The notes below the pieces were generated by a model. It was not told the DNA's origin. It saw nothing but the letters and a program-made list of their open reading frames with translations, and did no database searches. A program made the translations under genes and the position numbers. A DNA stretch of 54,905 bases from a virus (lineage: Duplodnaviria > Caudoviricetes). Positions 18,069 through 27,025 of the stretch are shown here, one piece after another. The stretch lies in IMG/VR virus record IMGVR_UViG_3300035138_000057, positions 1-54,905 of that record; one strand, 5' to 3'. The first letter of the stretch is position 1; every line of letters starts with the position of its first letter.

Positions 18069-18758
18069 GTGGTCGAACCATTAAAAGTTTTTCATTGTCC
18101 TGGGCACGGAGGCCTGCGTAATCGCGGCCTCGAGTACGCGGGGTTCGTCGAGCGGGACTGGGTGGTGGAGCTCGCCTGTGGTTACCTTCAGTGGCGCTTC
18201 AACCAGCTGGAGAGCGATACCTCGCGCCTGGCCGCTGAGCAACATCGGCTGGCGCGGTTCCGCGACGAATACCTTCCGTATACGTACCGCGCGCGGGCAG
18301 CGGAGGAGTGGGGTGCTGATGTCGCGGTGCTTCATCATGTCAACGGTGTATTCTTTCCGAAGGATCACCCGCGTGCGGGCCAAGCTAACGCAGCGGAGAG
18401 CGGCCTGGCGGTGTTCGTCGTGAAGGGCGATCTCCACCTCGACGTGCATCAGCGTAGCTACGATCTAGCTCGGCAGCTGCTGCTCGCGGTGTGGCGGCCT
18501 CTGCAGCTGTGGAAGGGCCGCACCACGCCGCACCGGGCGAAGCGGTTCGGACACGATGGGAAGCCGCACTGGACCCGGCGGGCGCGGAGTCACCTGCGGC
18601 ACTACGTCAACCGGGGGATCCCGGCGGTGCTGGTGGAGTGGAGCTTCGCGACGAACGACGCCGACCGGCGAACGCTGTTGGATCCATCCCTTCGAGCGAG
18701 GTTTTATCGACCTCTCGACGCATTGGTAGACCACGCATTAAAGTACCGATCACGGTAA
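18069..18758 (+). CDS. N-acetylmuramoyl-L-alanine amidase (Amidase_3-like), putative endolysin
   Basis: PGHGG, ER, LHHVN, PAVLVEWSFATN Zn-amidase motifs. Confidence 0.85.
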   Translation: MVEPLKVFHCPGHGGLRNRGLEYAGFVERDWVVELACGYLQWRFNQLESDTSRLAAEQHRLARFRDEYLPYTYRARAAEEWGADVAVLHHVNGVFFPKDHPRAGQANAAESGLAVFVVKGDLHLDVHQRSYDLARQLLLAVWRPLQLWKGRTTPHRAKRFGHDGKPHWTRRARSHLRHYVNRGIPAVLVEWSFATNDADRRTLLDPSLRARFYRPLDALVDHALKYRSR

Positions 18759-18771
18759 GCAAATCTTTCGC

Positions 18772-18817
18772 TTGACACCCGGTCGCGCTTGGTTCAGACT
18801 CGGATCAGCTGAGAGGT
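18772..18817 (+). promoter_or_regulatory. Promoter with GCTGAGAGGT leader motif
   Basis: TTGACA-17-CAGACT, then GCTGAGAGGT at 18808. Confidence 0.65.
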
Positions 18818-18822
18818 ACTTT

Positions 18823-19341
18823 ATGAAACCGAGACAGTTCGCGGTTTTGCAAACGGTTCGTCGGTGGTCGTGGATCATGTTGGTTGGGGTGGATCCTTGG
18901 GACGGTGCTTGTGCTCTGTGCAGGGTGTCGTCCACCGAGGCCCGTGGTTTCTGCTTTAAGTGCGAGCTGTGCCCGTATCCTGAGGTTTTCGAGCAGCGGT
19001 GTTACAAAGATTTTCCTGACCTAAATGATCCGGGCAGCGAACCAGGTCATCCTGGGTTGAAGCTGAATCGGGCTCTAGAGCTCGCGCAGCAGTTCGGAGT
19101 CGGTGACGCTGCCTGGGGGATCTACCGTGGGATCGCGGACTACGCGCTGCAAGTGGCTAGGCTCTCTGTCTGGCGTCGCTGCGATCTGTGTAACGGTGGG
19201 GACGGGGAGCACGAGTGCTCCACCTGCGGGCAGCTCACGTGCTCTGCTTGTGGCGTCGCGATCGAGGTCGATGAGAGCACCGGTACCAAGCAGGACTGGG
19301 AGTGCGATCGTTGTTTGGTCGAGGGGCACAGGTTCGAGTGA
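18823..19341 (+). CDS. Cys-rich hypothetical protein
   Basis: Many CxxC pairs; ATG after GAGG RBS. Confidence 0.7.
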   Translation: MKPRQFAVLQTVRRWSWIMLVGVDPWDGACALCRVSSTEARGFCFKCELCPYPEVFEQRCYKDFPDLNDPGSEPGHPGLKLNRALELAQQFGVGDAAWGIYRGIADYALQVARLSVWRRCDLCNGGDGEHECSTCGQLTCSACGVAIEVDESTGTKQDWECDRCLVEGHRFE

Positions 19342-19646
19342 TGACCACGAGTGAAGCTCTCGTCGTCTTCGGATTCGATCCGTTCGCGCGCCCTACCCTC
19401 GCTGCTGCGCGGGCTCGGTACCACGTGCTCGCGCAGCAGCACCACCCTGATCGGGGAGGACGGCAGGAGGACTTCGTCCGGGTGAGTCAGGCGTGGGGGG
19501 TGCTATCGCATGACCTCGTTCCAACGGATGCGTGTTCTAACTGCGGTGGGAGGGGTTTTACTCTTGTGGTCAACGGGTTCCATACCCTTAGGTCACGGTG
19601 TGCAGCGTGTCGTGGTACCGGGAGGACGGATCGGTATGAGCCCTGA
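19341..19646 (+). CDS. Mini DnaJ: J-domain plus Zn finger
   Basis: YHVLAQQHHPDRGG..F.RVSQAW; CSNCGGRG and CAACRGTG repeats. Confidence 0.9.
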   Translation: MTTSEALVVFGFDPFARPTLAAARARYHVLAQQHHPDRGGRQEDFVRVSQAWGVLSHDLVPTDACSNCGGRGFTLVVNGFHTLRSRCAACRGTGRTDRYEP

Positions 19647-19789
19647 GGAGGTTGAGGTACAGGAGCACGTTTGCAGCAGCTGCCGCGTCGTGGTCAGCTA
19701 CGAGCCGTGGCCGCATCCTTTCGACGAGGACCCGTTGTGCACGGAATGCCTCGGAGCTCTGCTCAGGGAGAACGAGGAGGCCGACCGCG

Positions 19790-19996
19790 ATGAGTAGGGA
19801 TCAACGGATCCGGTATTACCTGCGACCGGAGGCGGTGACGTCCGACGAGCTGATCTCCCTGCGGTGCCTCAAGGCGGACCGGCAGGGGTTAGCTCGGAGC
19901 ACCGAGTTTACCTGTGACCGCTGCGTTTGGAGGTACCGGTGCACGTTGGTCTTCGACGAGGTCAACGTGGGTGGTCGGTGCCTGGTGGAGAGGTGA
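19790..19996 (+). CDS. Small Cys-rich hypothetical protein
   Basis: CDRC..C..FD..N.GG.CL pattern. Confidence 0.6.
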   Translation: MSRDQRIRYYLRPEAVTSDELISLRCLKADRQGLARSTEFTCDRCVWRYRCTLVFDEVNVGGRCLVER

Positions 19997-19997
19997 G

Positions 19998-20255
19998 ATG
20001 ATCGTTGTGACAAGCGCTTTTGGTTTTGTCTTGGTTTTGCTTGCCTGGGCTTTCTTGGTTATCCGTAACGATGCGAAGGACTACGCGAAGCTCGATACCA
20101 GGCACGAAAAGACGTTGTTCCTGTTGGCTGACTTGTACGATTACTGCGAGCACTGCTGCGGTTCCGATGTCGTGCGGGACGGTTGGTGCGGGGACCACGA
20201 TCCGGATCTGCGTACTCAGGTGAAGGAGTTCCTCGCTGAGGAGGGCTTAGGATGA
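19998..20255 (+). CDS. Membrane-anchored hypothetical protein
   Basis: N-terminal hydrophobic helix, CEHCC. Confidence 0.6.
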   Translation: MIVVTSAFGFVLVLLAWAFLVIRNDAKDYAKLDTRHEKTLFLLADLYDYCEHCCGSDVVRDGWCGDHDPDLRTQVKEFLAEEGLG

Positions 20256-20845
20256 TCACGAAGCGTAACGATCTGCTGGTGTGGGTAGACCTCGAGACAA
20301 CCGGATTGGATCCGGAGCGCGATGTGGTGCTCGAGGTGGCGCTGCAGCTCACCGACTGGGAGCTGGTCGAGGTGGGTGATCTGTTGCACTTCGTGATCGC
20401 GCGTGATCCGGCGGAGCTGCGAATGAACCGCACGGTCTGGCGTATGCACGAGGAGTCCGGACTGCTGGCGGCCATCGAAGGAAAACTAGGAGCTGGTTGG
20501 GGGTCCCTGCCTGGTGAGGTTGTCAACACTAGGTCGTTCGCATTGCACGTTCTATACGACCACGTAGCGGCGTACTGCGAGCGCGGGACGGCGCGACTCG
20601 CTGGTAGCAGCGTGCACTTCGATCGGAAGTTCCTCGCTCGGTACTTTCCAGGTCTGCTGGAGCACCTGCACTACCGGCAGGTCGACGTGTCGTCGGTCAA
20701 GGAGTTGGTCAAGCGCTGGTACGGGCAAGAGTTTCAGAAGCAGGCTAAGCACCGAGCGGCGGCTGACTTGCAGGAATCGATCGCCGAGCTGCGTTGGCTG
20801 CGCCGGTTCTTCGCGGATCCGGATCTGGTAAAGGTGCTTGACTAA
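20252..20845 (+). CDS. orn: Oligoribonuclease (DEDDh)
   Basis: LVWVDLETTGLDP, MHEESGL, LAGSSVHFDRKFL, HYRQVDVSSVKEL, HRAAADLQESIAEL. Confidence 0.95.
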   Translation: MITKRNDLLVWVDLETTGLDPERDVVLEVALQLTDWELVEVGDLLHFVIARDPAELRMNRTVWRMHEESGLLAAIEGKLGAGWGSLPGEVVNTRSFALHVLYDHVAAYCERGTARLAGSSVHFDRKFLARYFPGLLEHLHYRQVDVSSVKELVKRWYGQEFQKQAKHRAAADLQESIAELRWLRRFFADPDLVKVLD

Positions 20846-20879
20846 GGGGTTGATTCGTGCTGCTGACCAGGGATGATTA

Positions 20880-21071
20880 ATGAAGCGGCGAGAGCAGGCA
20901 GTTGACCTGTCGGTGTGTTGTAGTTCCAGGTGTTGTCAACCGGCTGAGATCGTTTACTTGGGCCGCCCACTTTGCTGGAAGCACTGGCAGCAAGTCTGCG
21001 ATCAACAGGAACCAAGGTGGAACCGAGATGGTCCGAAGCGGCGGGCACGTGAAAGGGGTGGGAAGTGTTGA
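20880..21071 (+). CDS. Small Cys-rich hypothetical protein
   Basis: CCSSRCC..LCWKH; fills the gap. Confidence 0.5.
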   Translation: MKRREQAVDLSVCCSSRCCQPAEIVYLGRPLCWKHWQQVCDQQEPRWNRDGPKRRARERGGKC

Positions 21072-21715
21072 AGCACATCTTGACCACAGCGTGTCCTCGG
21101 AAGTGCTCGTACTGTCTTACGCGCAACGTGCCGGTGTTGGACGTCGTGGTGAGCCCGAAGAGGATCCAAGAGCGGTACCGACAGCTGCGCGAGGCGGGCC
21201 ACCAGGAGATCATGCTCACCGGTGGGGAGCCGACGTGTCACCCGATCTTTCCGGTAATCGTGCAGCTAGCGTGGTCGGTTTTCCGGCGGGTACACCTCAC
21301 GACGCAGGACACAGGTGTTCTCGACGGGTCACTTCCGCTGAGTCGGCGGTTGCTGAGCAGCGTGGTGCTGTCGGTGCACGACCGGCGTGCGCTGCGTGAT
21401 GTGCTGGATCCGAGCATCGTTTTACCCCCGTGTTCGGTGTACGTAGCGGTGATGGCTGACTTTTACTATCATGGTTTGGTTAGGCAGTTGGAGCTTCGTG
21501 GTTACGCTGGGTTGACGGTCAACGAGAACCAGCGGAGCACTTACGAGACGCTTAACGAAGCTCCTGAGGTGTTGCAAGCATGGACGTGTCGGGCTGAGTT
21601 GTCCGACAACGAAGGGTTCAGCATTCGGGTCAACCGGCGCGGGACGTGTTTGGACGATACTCAGATTCTGTTGCCGGACCTAACTCTGATCGACAGCTTT
21701 CGACCGTACCTGTGA
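21065..21715 (+). CDS. Radical SAM protein
   Basis: CPRKCSYC (CxxxCxxC), LTGGEPT. Confidence 0.9.
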   Translation: MLKHILTTACPRKCSYCLTRNVPVLDVVVSPKRIQERYRQLREAGHQEIMLTGGEPTCHPIFPVIVQLAWSVFRRVHLTTQDTGVLDGSLPLSRRLLSSVVLSVHDRRALRDVLDPSIVLPPCSVYVAVMADFYYHGLVRQLELRGYAGLTVNENQRSTYETLNEAPEVLQAWTCRAELSDNEGFSIRVNRRGTCLDDTQILLPDLTLIDSFRPYL

Positions 21716-21723
21716 GGTGAGCG

Positions 21724-21927
21724 GTGAGCAGAGAGGTAGCTAGGTTCGCTGGGTGCAACGTTGACCGTGAAACGGATCGCGCTCTGCTGGTGTTTGTTCC
21801 GGATCTCGAGGAGCAGATCTGGGTTCCGAAATCGGTGGTCCACGAGGATTCGGAGGTCTACAAAGCTGATACCGATGGTGAGCTAGTGGTGTTCGAGTGG
21901 TGGGCGACGAAGAAAGGTTTGGTGTAA
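21724..21927 (+). CDS. Conserved small phage protein
   Basis: RETDRALL..WVPKS..EWWA.KKGL pattern. Confidence 0.75.
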   Translation: MSREVARFAGCNVDRETDRALLVFVPDLEEQIWVPKSVVHEDSEVYKADTDGELVVFEWWATKKGLV

Positions 21928-22304
21928 TGGTGAAGAAGGGTGAAAAGAAGATCGGCGCGGGTGAGCAGTTGTTTAACCAACCTTCACCAGTGCTCCGAGC
22001 GGAGTCGGTTGACCTGCTGCGATTGGCGGTGGCTGCGAAACGGGGTAACGTCAACTTGACGGCTTCGAGGCTCCAGGCCGCGTGGGAGCATCTGTGTGAG
22101 CTGCGATACTGCGCAGCGGTGCTCGAGCTGTGGGACGAGGGGTTGGTGCGCATCACGCCTGACACGGACGAGTCGGTGTTCCTGCGCGTTACCCAGCGGG
22201 GTTTCGCGGAGGGCGAGCGGCAGGAGAAGCTTCTCGAGGAGTTGCCGAAGCAGACGGATGTCGTGATCAGCTTGGATCCGAAGGACGGGGGCGGGTTATC
22301 GTGA
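21927..22304 (+). CDS. Hypothetical protein
   Basis: Coupled ORF. Confidence 0.6.
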   Translation: MVKKGEKKIGAGEQLFNQPSPVLRAESVDLLRLAVAAKRGNVNLTASRLQAAWEHLCELRYCAAVLELWDEGLVRITPDTDESVFLRVTQRGFAEGERQEKLLEELPKQTDVVISLDPKDGGGLS

Positions 22305-22717
22305 AGGTGTTCTCGTGCTCCGAGAAGGGGTCAGTGGTCGACTTGACTAGGTTGCTGCCGCCGAACGCTGTGGGTTTGTTCGAGGAGCTGCTCGTGCTCC
22401 CGTGGGTTACCGATCTGGAGATCGTGGTCAGCGGGAAATGGTTCGGGCTCGTGGTCTACCACGCGTACCCGGAGGGTGTTGACATCGAATCGCAGGTCAA
22501 ATGGATCGTTGCCGCTGCGTTGGTAGAGGGCTTCGAGCTGCGGCTCGAGGTGGTGCGCGGGCGGGAGGATCACCGGCGGCAGCTGCGCAGGGAGATCGAG
22601 ATCGGGCGGCGCGGTGGTCAGGAGTACTTACGGAGAACCCATTTGGATCTCCGTAGCAAGGCTCAAAGGGCGAGTGATGAGTTCAGGCGGCAGCTTCCGA
22701 AGAGCTGGCGGGAGTAA
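22301..22717 (+). CDS. Hypothetical protein
   Basis: Coupled ORF. Confidence 0.6.
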   Translation: MKVFSCSEKGSVVDLTRLLPPNAVGLFEELLVLPWVTDLEIVVSGKWFGLVVYHAYPEGVDIESQVKWIVAAALVEGFELRLEVVRGREDHRRQLRREIEIGRRGGQEYLRRTHLDLRSKAQRASDEFRRQLPKSWRE

Positions 22718-22881
22718 TTAATGTTCTGGTTGGAGCAGTTGGTTATGTTCTGGTCGGATCCGTTGGGACCGGTAATCTTCACTTTGATCTCGTGGCGTGA
22801 CCGCAGTTCGGGTACTCGTCGACGCTTCGTTTTGAACTGGGCCTTGACCGTCGCCTACTGCTTGTGGGTGGGGAGCACGTG

Positions 22882-23799
22882 GTGAGCAAACCGTTCCGAC
22901 CGATGAAGCCCGCGAAGGCGGGTGATCCGGCAACTTTGCGTTACCCGCTGATCGCGCAACCGAAGATCGATGGGATCCGGTGTCTGATCTCGCCGAGCGG
23001 CAAAGCGTTGACGTGCACGCTTAAACCGATCCCGAACAACGCGACGCGGGCCGCGCTGGAGGGCAACCGCTTGCTGCGCGGGCTCGACGGGGAGCTCGTG
23101 GTGCGCGGGGCGAAGTTCCACGAGACGAGCAGCGCGGTGATGAAGCGATCGGGGGAGCCGGTTCTCGACTACGTGGTGTTCGACGATTTGTTCCTCGCGA
23201 GGGACGGTGTCATCTACGGCAAGCGGTGGGATCGGTTGTGGCAGCGATTCAGTCCGAATCGACGAATGCGGGTTGGTAACGTCACCGTTACGCCCGTCAG
23301 GTCGTGGGTGGTGGCGACGCACGAGCAGGTGCTCGAGGCGGAGGAACAGGTGCTCGCCGAGGGTTACGAGGGGTTGATCCTCCGCGATCCGAGCGCACGC
23401 TACAAGTACGGGAGGTCAACGCGTCTCGAGCAGGGGTTGCTCAAGCTCAAACGCTTCGAGGAGGATGGGGAAGCGTTGATCATTGGGTTCGAGCCGCTGT
23501 ACACCAACGAGAACGCGGCGCAGCGCAACGCGTTGGGCCTGACGGAGCGGTCGACGCGGCAGGCTGGGAAGCGCCGTCGGGAGCTGCTCGGGAAGCTCGT
23601 GGTACGCGATCTGAAAACGAACGTCGAGTTCCGGGTAGGCTACGGGTTCACCGACGCGCAGAGGAGGGAGTTCTGGCGGCAGCGCCACCAGCTCCGTGGC
23701 CGGATCGCGAAGTATCGCCACCAGCCGTACGGGGCGAAGGACAAGCCGCGGATCGCTGGGTTCTTAGGGATTCGGGATTCGAGAGACATGTGCGAGTGA
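22882..23799 (+). CDS. lig: ATP-dependent DNA ligase
   Basis: QPKIDGIR, LDGEL, VFDD, GYEGLILR, YKYGRS, LLKLKRF, VGYGFT; start approximate. Confidence 0.95.
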   Translation: MSKPFRPMKPAKAGDPATLRYPLIAQPKIDGIRCLISPSGKALTCTLKPIPNNATRAALEGNRLLRGLDGELVVRGAKFHETSSAVMKRSGEPVLDYVVFDDLFLARDGVIYGKRWDRLWQRFSPNRRMRVGNVTVTPVRSWVVATHEQVLEAEEQVLAEGYEGLILRDPSARYKYGRSTRLEQGLLKLKRFEEDGEALIIGFEPLYTNENAAQRNALGLTERSTRQAGKRRRELLGKLVVRDLKTNVEFRVGYGFTDAQRREFWRQRHQLRGRIAKYRHQPYGAKDKPRIAGFLGIRDSRDMCE

Positions 23800-23861
23800 G
23801 TTATGGGTGCGGCGGTGTTATCGCAAGTGGGTCGGAAACTTGTAGAGGAAGGTAGCTGATC

Positions 23862-24539
23862 ATGCTAATCGTGGTCGAAGGGATCGACGGGAGCGGCAAG
23901 AATACCGTGGCGGATGGGGTGGCAAAGGAGATCAATGCGCTGCGGTTGGATTTTCCTTTAGAGGAAGGTAGTCCAGCTGGTTACGCTGCCCGTATGTATC
24001 TGCAGAACAAGTGGTACGCTTCGCACGAGGAGTGCGATGAGCCTGTCAACGAGCAGGAGTGGCTGTTCTCCAAGCACGGAGCTCTTAACCCGTTGCTGCT
24101 TCAGAGTCTCTTGACGGTCAACAAGTACGAGCAGCTCGAACTCCTGCGGCGGCATGCCGGGGTGCATAACCCGAGTCACCTAGTGCTCGCGTGCTACACG
24201 CCGAGTGCGCTGGTTTACGGGGGCCTGGACGGACTGGACCGCGGGTGGCTCGCAGGGATTCACGCTGGGTTGCCACCAGCGGATCTGAATTTGCTGGTGC
24301 AGGTGAGCACTGAGGTCGCGTTACGGCGGTGCGCGGATCGGGGTACGCCTCGGGAGCTCTACGAACGACGAGAGATCTTGGAGCGGGCCTACGACGCCTA
24401 CCAGGAGCTGTGGTGCGCGAACGGCGGTTTTAAAGGTGGGTGCTACCAGTGGGATATCCTCGACGGAGATCTGCCTGTGGACCAGGTAACCAGCCTAGCA
24501 TTGTTTTGCGTTAGGAGGTTGCTCAGCGATGAGTGCTGA
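23862..24539 (+). CDS. tmk: Thymidylate (dNMP) kinase
   Basis: LIVVEGIDGSGK P-loop, YTPSALVYG, LPPADL, ELYER; the canonical DR motif appears as AC. Confidence 0.88.
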   Translation: MLIVVEGIDGSGKNTVADGVAKEINALRLDFPLEEGSPAGYAARMYLQNKWYASHEECDEPVNEQEWLFSKHGALNPLLLQSLLTVNKYEQLELLRRHAGVHNPSHLVLACYTPSALVYGGLDGLDRGWLAGIHAGLPPADLNLLVQVSTEVALRRCADRGTPRELYERREILERAYDAYQELWCANGGFKGGCYQWDILDGDLPVDQVTSLALFCVRRLLSDEC

Positions 24540-25140
24540 AACCACGGTGGTTCAGCTGCACGACGGGTCGCTCTACGACTACCTGCGACCGTCGCTCGCG
24601 GCGCTTACGCTGGCTAACATCACCGTGCAGCTGAGTCGGTTGCCTCGGTTCGTAGGAGCCACCGGTGAGGTGTACACCGTTGGGCAGCACAGCGTGCTGT
24701 GCTCGGAGTTGTTGAAGGCGGATCCGGTCCTAGCCCGGTACGGGCTGCTCCACGATGCTCACGAGATCGTGATGAATGACATCTCCAGACCGTTGAAGAA
24801 CACGGTCCGAGAAGTATGTCGTAGATTTAACATCGGGTTGAACCCTCTGAACTTCGTGAACGAGAAAGCTAGGCTCGCGGTAGCTGCGAAGTTCAACCTC
24901 TCACGAGAGGTGCCGGCCCTGGTGCGTCTCGCGGACCAGCACCTCGTCGCGCTCGAGCGCGAGCAGCTCATGTTTCGGACGGCTGAGCTCGACGAGCGTT
25001 GGAGTACTGTTGTTGGTCGGGTGGAGGGTTTCCCCGACATCGAGATCAAACCGTGGGACGAGACGACTACGCGGAAACGCTTCTGGCAGCTCTGCCAGGT
25101 GTTTTACCCTCGACAGACCGGGGGTGGTAGTGTACCTTAA
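24529..25140 (+). CDS. HD-domain 5'-deoxynucleotidase (YfdR/YfbR-like)
   Basis: LSRLPRFVG, YTVGQHS, GLLHDAHE..NDISRPLK, ADQHLVALE. Confidence 0.9.
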   Translation: MSAETTVVQLHDGSLYDYLRPSLAALTLANITVQLSRLPRFVGATGEVYTVGQHSVLCSELLKADPVLARYGLLHDAHEIVMNDISRPLKNTVREVCRRFNIGLNPLNFVNEKARLAVAAKFNLSREVPALVRLADQHLVALEREQLMFRTAELDERWSTVVGRVEGFPDIEIKPWDETTTRKRFWQLCQVFYPRQTGGGSVP

Positions 25141-25156
25141 CGACCAGCTGAGAGGT
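25110..25156 (+). promoter_or_regulatory. Promoter with GCTGAGAGGT leader motif
   Basis: TCGACA-17-TACCTT, then GCTGAGAGGT at 25147. Confidence 0.55.
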
Positions 25157-25162
25157 GTCGTG

Positions 25163-25573
25163 ATGGCCAAGCAGAGAAAACAATCGTTGCCAAAAACCTT
25201 GGGGGCTTGTGCTGACGAGCTCTATAAGATCAAGCAAGAGCGATCGCGAGTGAACCAGCAGCTGGCGAAGCTGGACGATCGCCGCAAGGAGCTCGAGCAG
25301 CACCTGGTGGATCAGCTTAGCGCGCAGGACGCGAAGGGGATCAGCGGGAAGCTGGTGAAAGCCAGCATCGTAGTGGAGCGCGTGGGCACCGCGAAGGACT
25401 GGGGGAAGATCTACGCGTACGTCAAGCGCAACGGGGCCTTTCACCTCCTGCAGCGGCGGTTGTCGAACACCGCGCTCAGGGAGATCTGGGAAGCCGGTAA
25501 AAAGGTTCCCGGGGTGGAGGTCTTCAACCACAAAAAAGTGAGTCTGACGAAGGTCAGGCCGAGGAGCAAGTGA
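25163..25573 (+). CDS. Conserved replication-module protein (coiled coil, PGVE C-terminus)
   Basis: LPKTLGACAD.LY, DWGKIYAYV, LLQRRLS, VPGV; typical neighbour of PolA modules. Confidence 0.75.
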   Translation: MAKQRKQSLPKTLGACADELYKIKQERSRVNQQLAKLDDRRKELEQHLVDQLSAQDAKGISGKLVKASIVVERVGTAKDWGKIYAYVKRNGAFHLLQRRLSNTALREIWEAGKKVPGVEVFNHKKVSLTKVRPRSK

Positions 25574-26466
25574 TGGCACGACGAAAGAGTGAGACGAAAG
25601 CGATGACGAGGTGGGATGCGCAGCTGGCCGAAGCCGCCAAGCGGATGCAGGACCAGGCGGCTGACTTCGGTGGTGGGCGGTTTATCTCTGTGCGGGGAGG
25701 TCAACTGTCGATTGACGGAGACGCGGTGCCGGGAAACCGGATCGCAGTGGTGGTTCTGGACTCTTTGCGGGAAAACGTCTACTACGACGGCGATTTCGAT
25801 CCGGATGACCCGCAGGCTCCGCTGTGCTTCGCGTTCGACGTAGGGGGCCAGCTCGCGCCGCACGCCGATGCGCAGGACCCGCAGTGCGACACCTGCAAGG
25901 ACTGCCGGTGGGCGGAGTGGGGATCGGCTGACCGGGGGCGCGGGAAGGCGTGCCGGAACCGGATCCGGTTGGCGGTGCTGGCCGCAGGGAAGCTCGACAG
26001 CCGCGGGGCGTTCGAGGCTTACGACGATCCGGGCCACTTCGCGGGGGACGCGATCTACCAGCTGAGCGTGCCGCCCACTTCGGGGAAGATCTGGAAGCGG
26101 TACCTTGGAGGTCTCGGAGGGGCTCACCCGGCGACGGTCTACACGCTGATCGACGTGGTACCCGATCCCAAGGACCAGTGGCACTTCGCTTTCGAGCGGT
26201 TGGATCGGGTGCCGGACCAGATCGGTCAGGTGCTCGTCGAACGGTTGGGTGACGCGCGCGAAGCGATCAGCCAGCCGTACCAGCTGATCGAGCGCGAGGA
26301 GCAACCCAAGCCGAAACGCAGAAAAAAGGTTCGACGAGCGAGCGATGACAACCGGGCTCGACCGGCTGCGACGGGTAGACGGGTGACCTCGACGACGCGA
26401 AAGACGAAGACCGCAGCTCGAGGTGATGGTGAGACGACCAGGAAATCGCGTAAGACGAAATTTTAG
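25570..26466 (+). CDS. Putative ssDNA-binding/annealing protein
   Basis: FISVRGG, YYDGDFDPD..PLCFA, CKDC..WGSA..GRGKAC, VPPTS; position upstream of PolA. Confidence 0.65.
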   Translation: MMARRKSETKAMTRWDAQLAEAAKRMQDQAADFGGGRFISVRGGQLSIDGDAVPGNRIAVVVLDSLRENVYYDGDFDPDDPQAPLCFAFDVGGQLAPHADAQDPQCDTCKDCRWAEWGSADRGRGKACRNRIRLAVLAAGKLDSRGAFEAYDDPGHFAGDAIYQLSVPPTSGKIWKRYLGGLGGAHPATVYTLIDVVPDPKDQWHFAFERLDRVPDQIGQVLVERLGDAREAISQPYQLIEREEQPKPKRRKKVRRASDDNRARPAATGRRVTSTTRKTKTAARGDGETTRKSRKTKF

Positions 26467-26629
26467 TGCCTCTGACTTGGTACGTGAGGTTGAGTGGTAG
26501 GGTCGTCGGATCGGTTATCGCTCGTAACGAGGAGGAGGCTCTTCGCGCTTCCGTGGTGAAGTATCCAGGTTGGGGGATCGAGGAAGATAGATCCGTCGAG
26601 ATCAAGAAAAACAGAAGAAGGAGGAAGAA

Positions 26630-27025
26630 GTGAGTAGGGATAAGAGCCGTGAACTGGTTTACCTAGCGATTGACAGTGAGCGCGATTACCAGGAGGCGCT
26701 GTGGGAAAAAGCGGCTTCTGGGGGGAAGCATTCCGAGGGGGAATTCCTTCTTTACATCGAGGAGTACGTACAGCGAGCTCGTTGGGTCTGTACGCAGAAA
26801 GCTGATCCGGAGGGAAGGGTCGAAGCTCTAAAAGAGATCCGCAAGGTGGCAGCGCTGTGCGTTGCCTGTATGGAGAAGCACGGTGCTCCGCAGCGTGACC
26901 TAGCTGATCTGAACGCCCACGCCTTTCGCCGTCACGCAATCGCGGTGGAGAGGTCTGTTGATCCTGAAACCGAGATCCAAGAACACTTCGTGTCTGTCTT
27001 AAATGGTGAGCAGGGTTATCGGTGA
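26630..27025 (+). CDS. MazG-like nucleotide pyrophosphohydrolase fold protein
   Basis: IDSERDYQ..W, EFLLYIEEY, EIRKVAALCVACME helical pattern. Confidence 0.6.
   Translation: MSRDKSRELVYLAIDSERDYQEALWEKAASGGKHSEGEFLLYIEEYVQRARWVCTQKADPEGRVEALKEIRKVAALCVACMEKHGAPQRDLADLNAHAFRRHAIAVERSVDPETEIQEHFVSVLNGEQGYR

Noticed and set aside
21065-21715. QueE / 7-deazaguanine pathway
   Set aside because: No FolE, QueD, QueC or DpdA recognised; only generic radical SAM motifs
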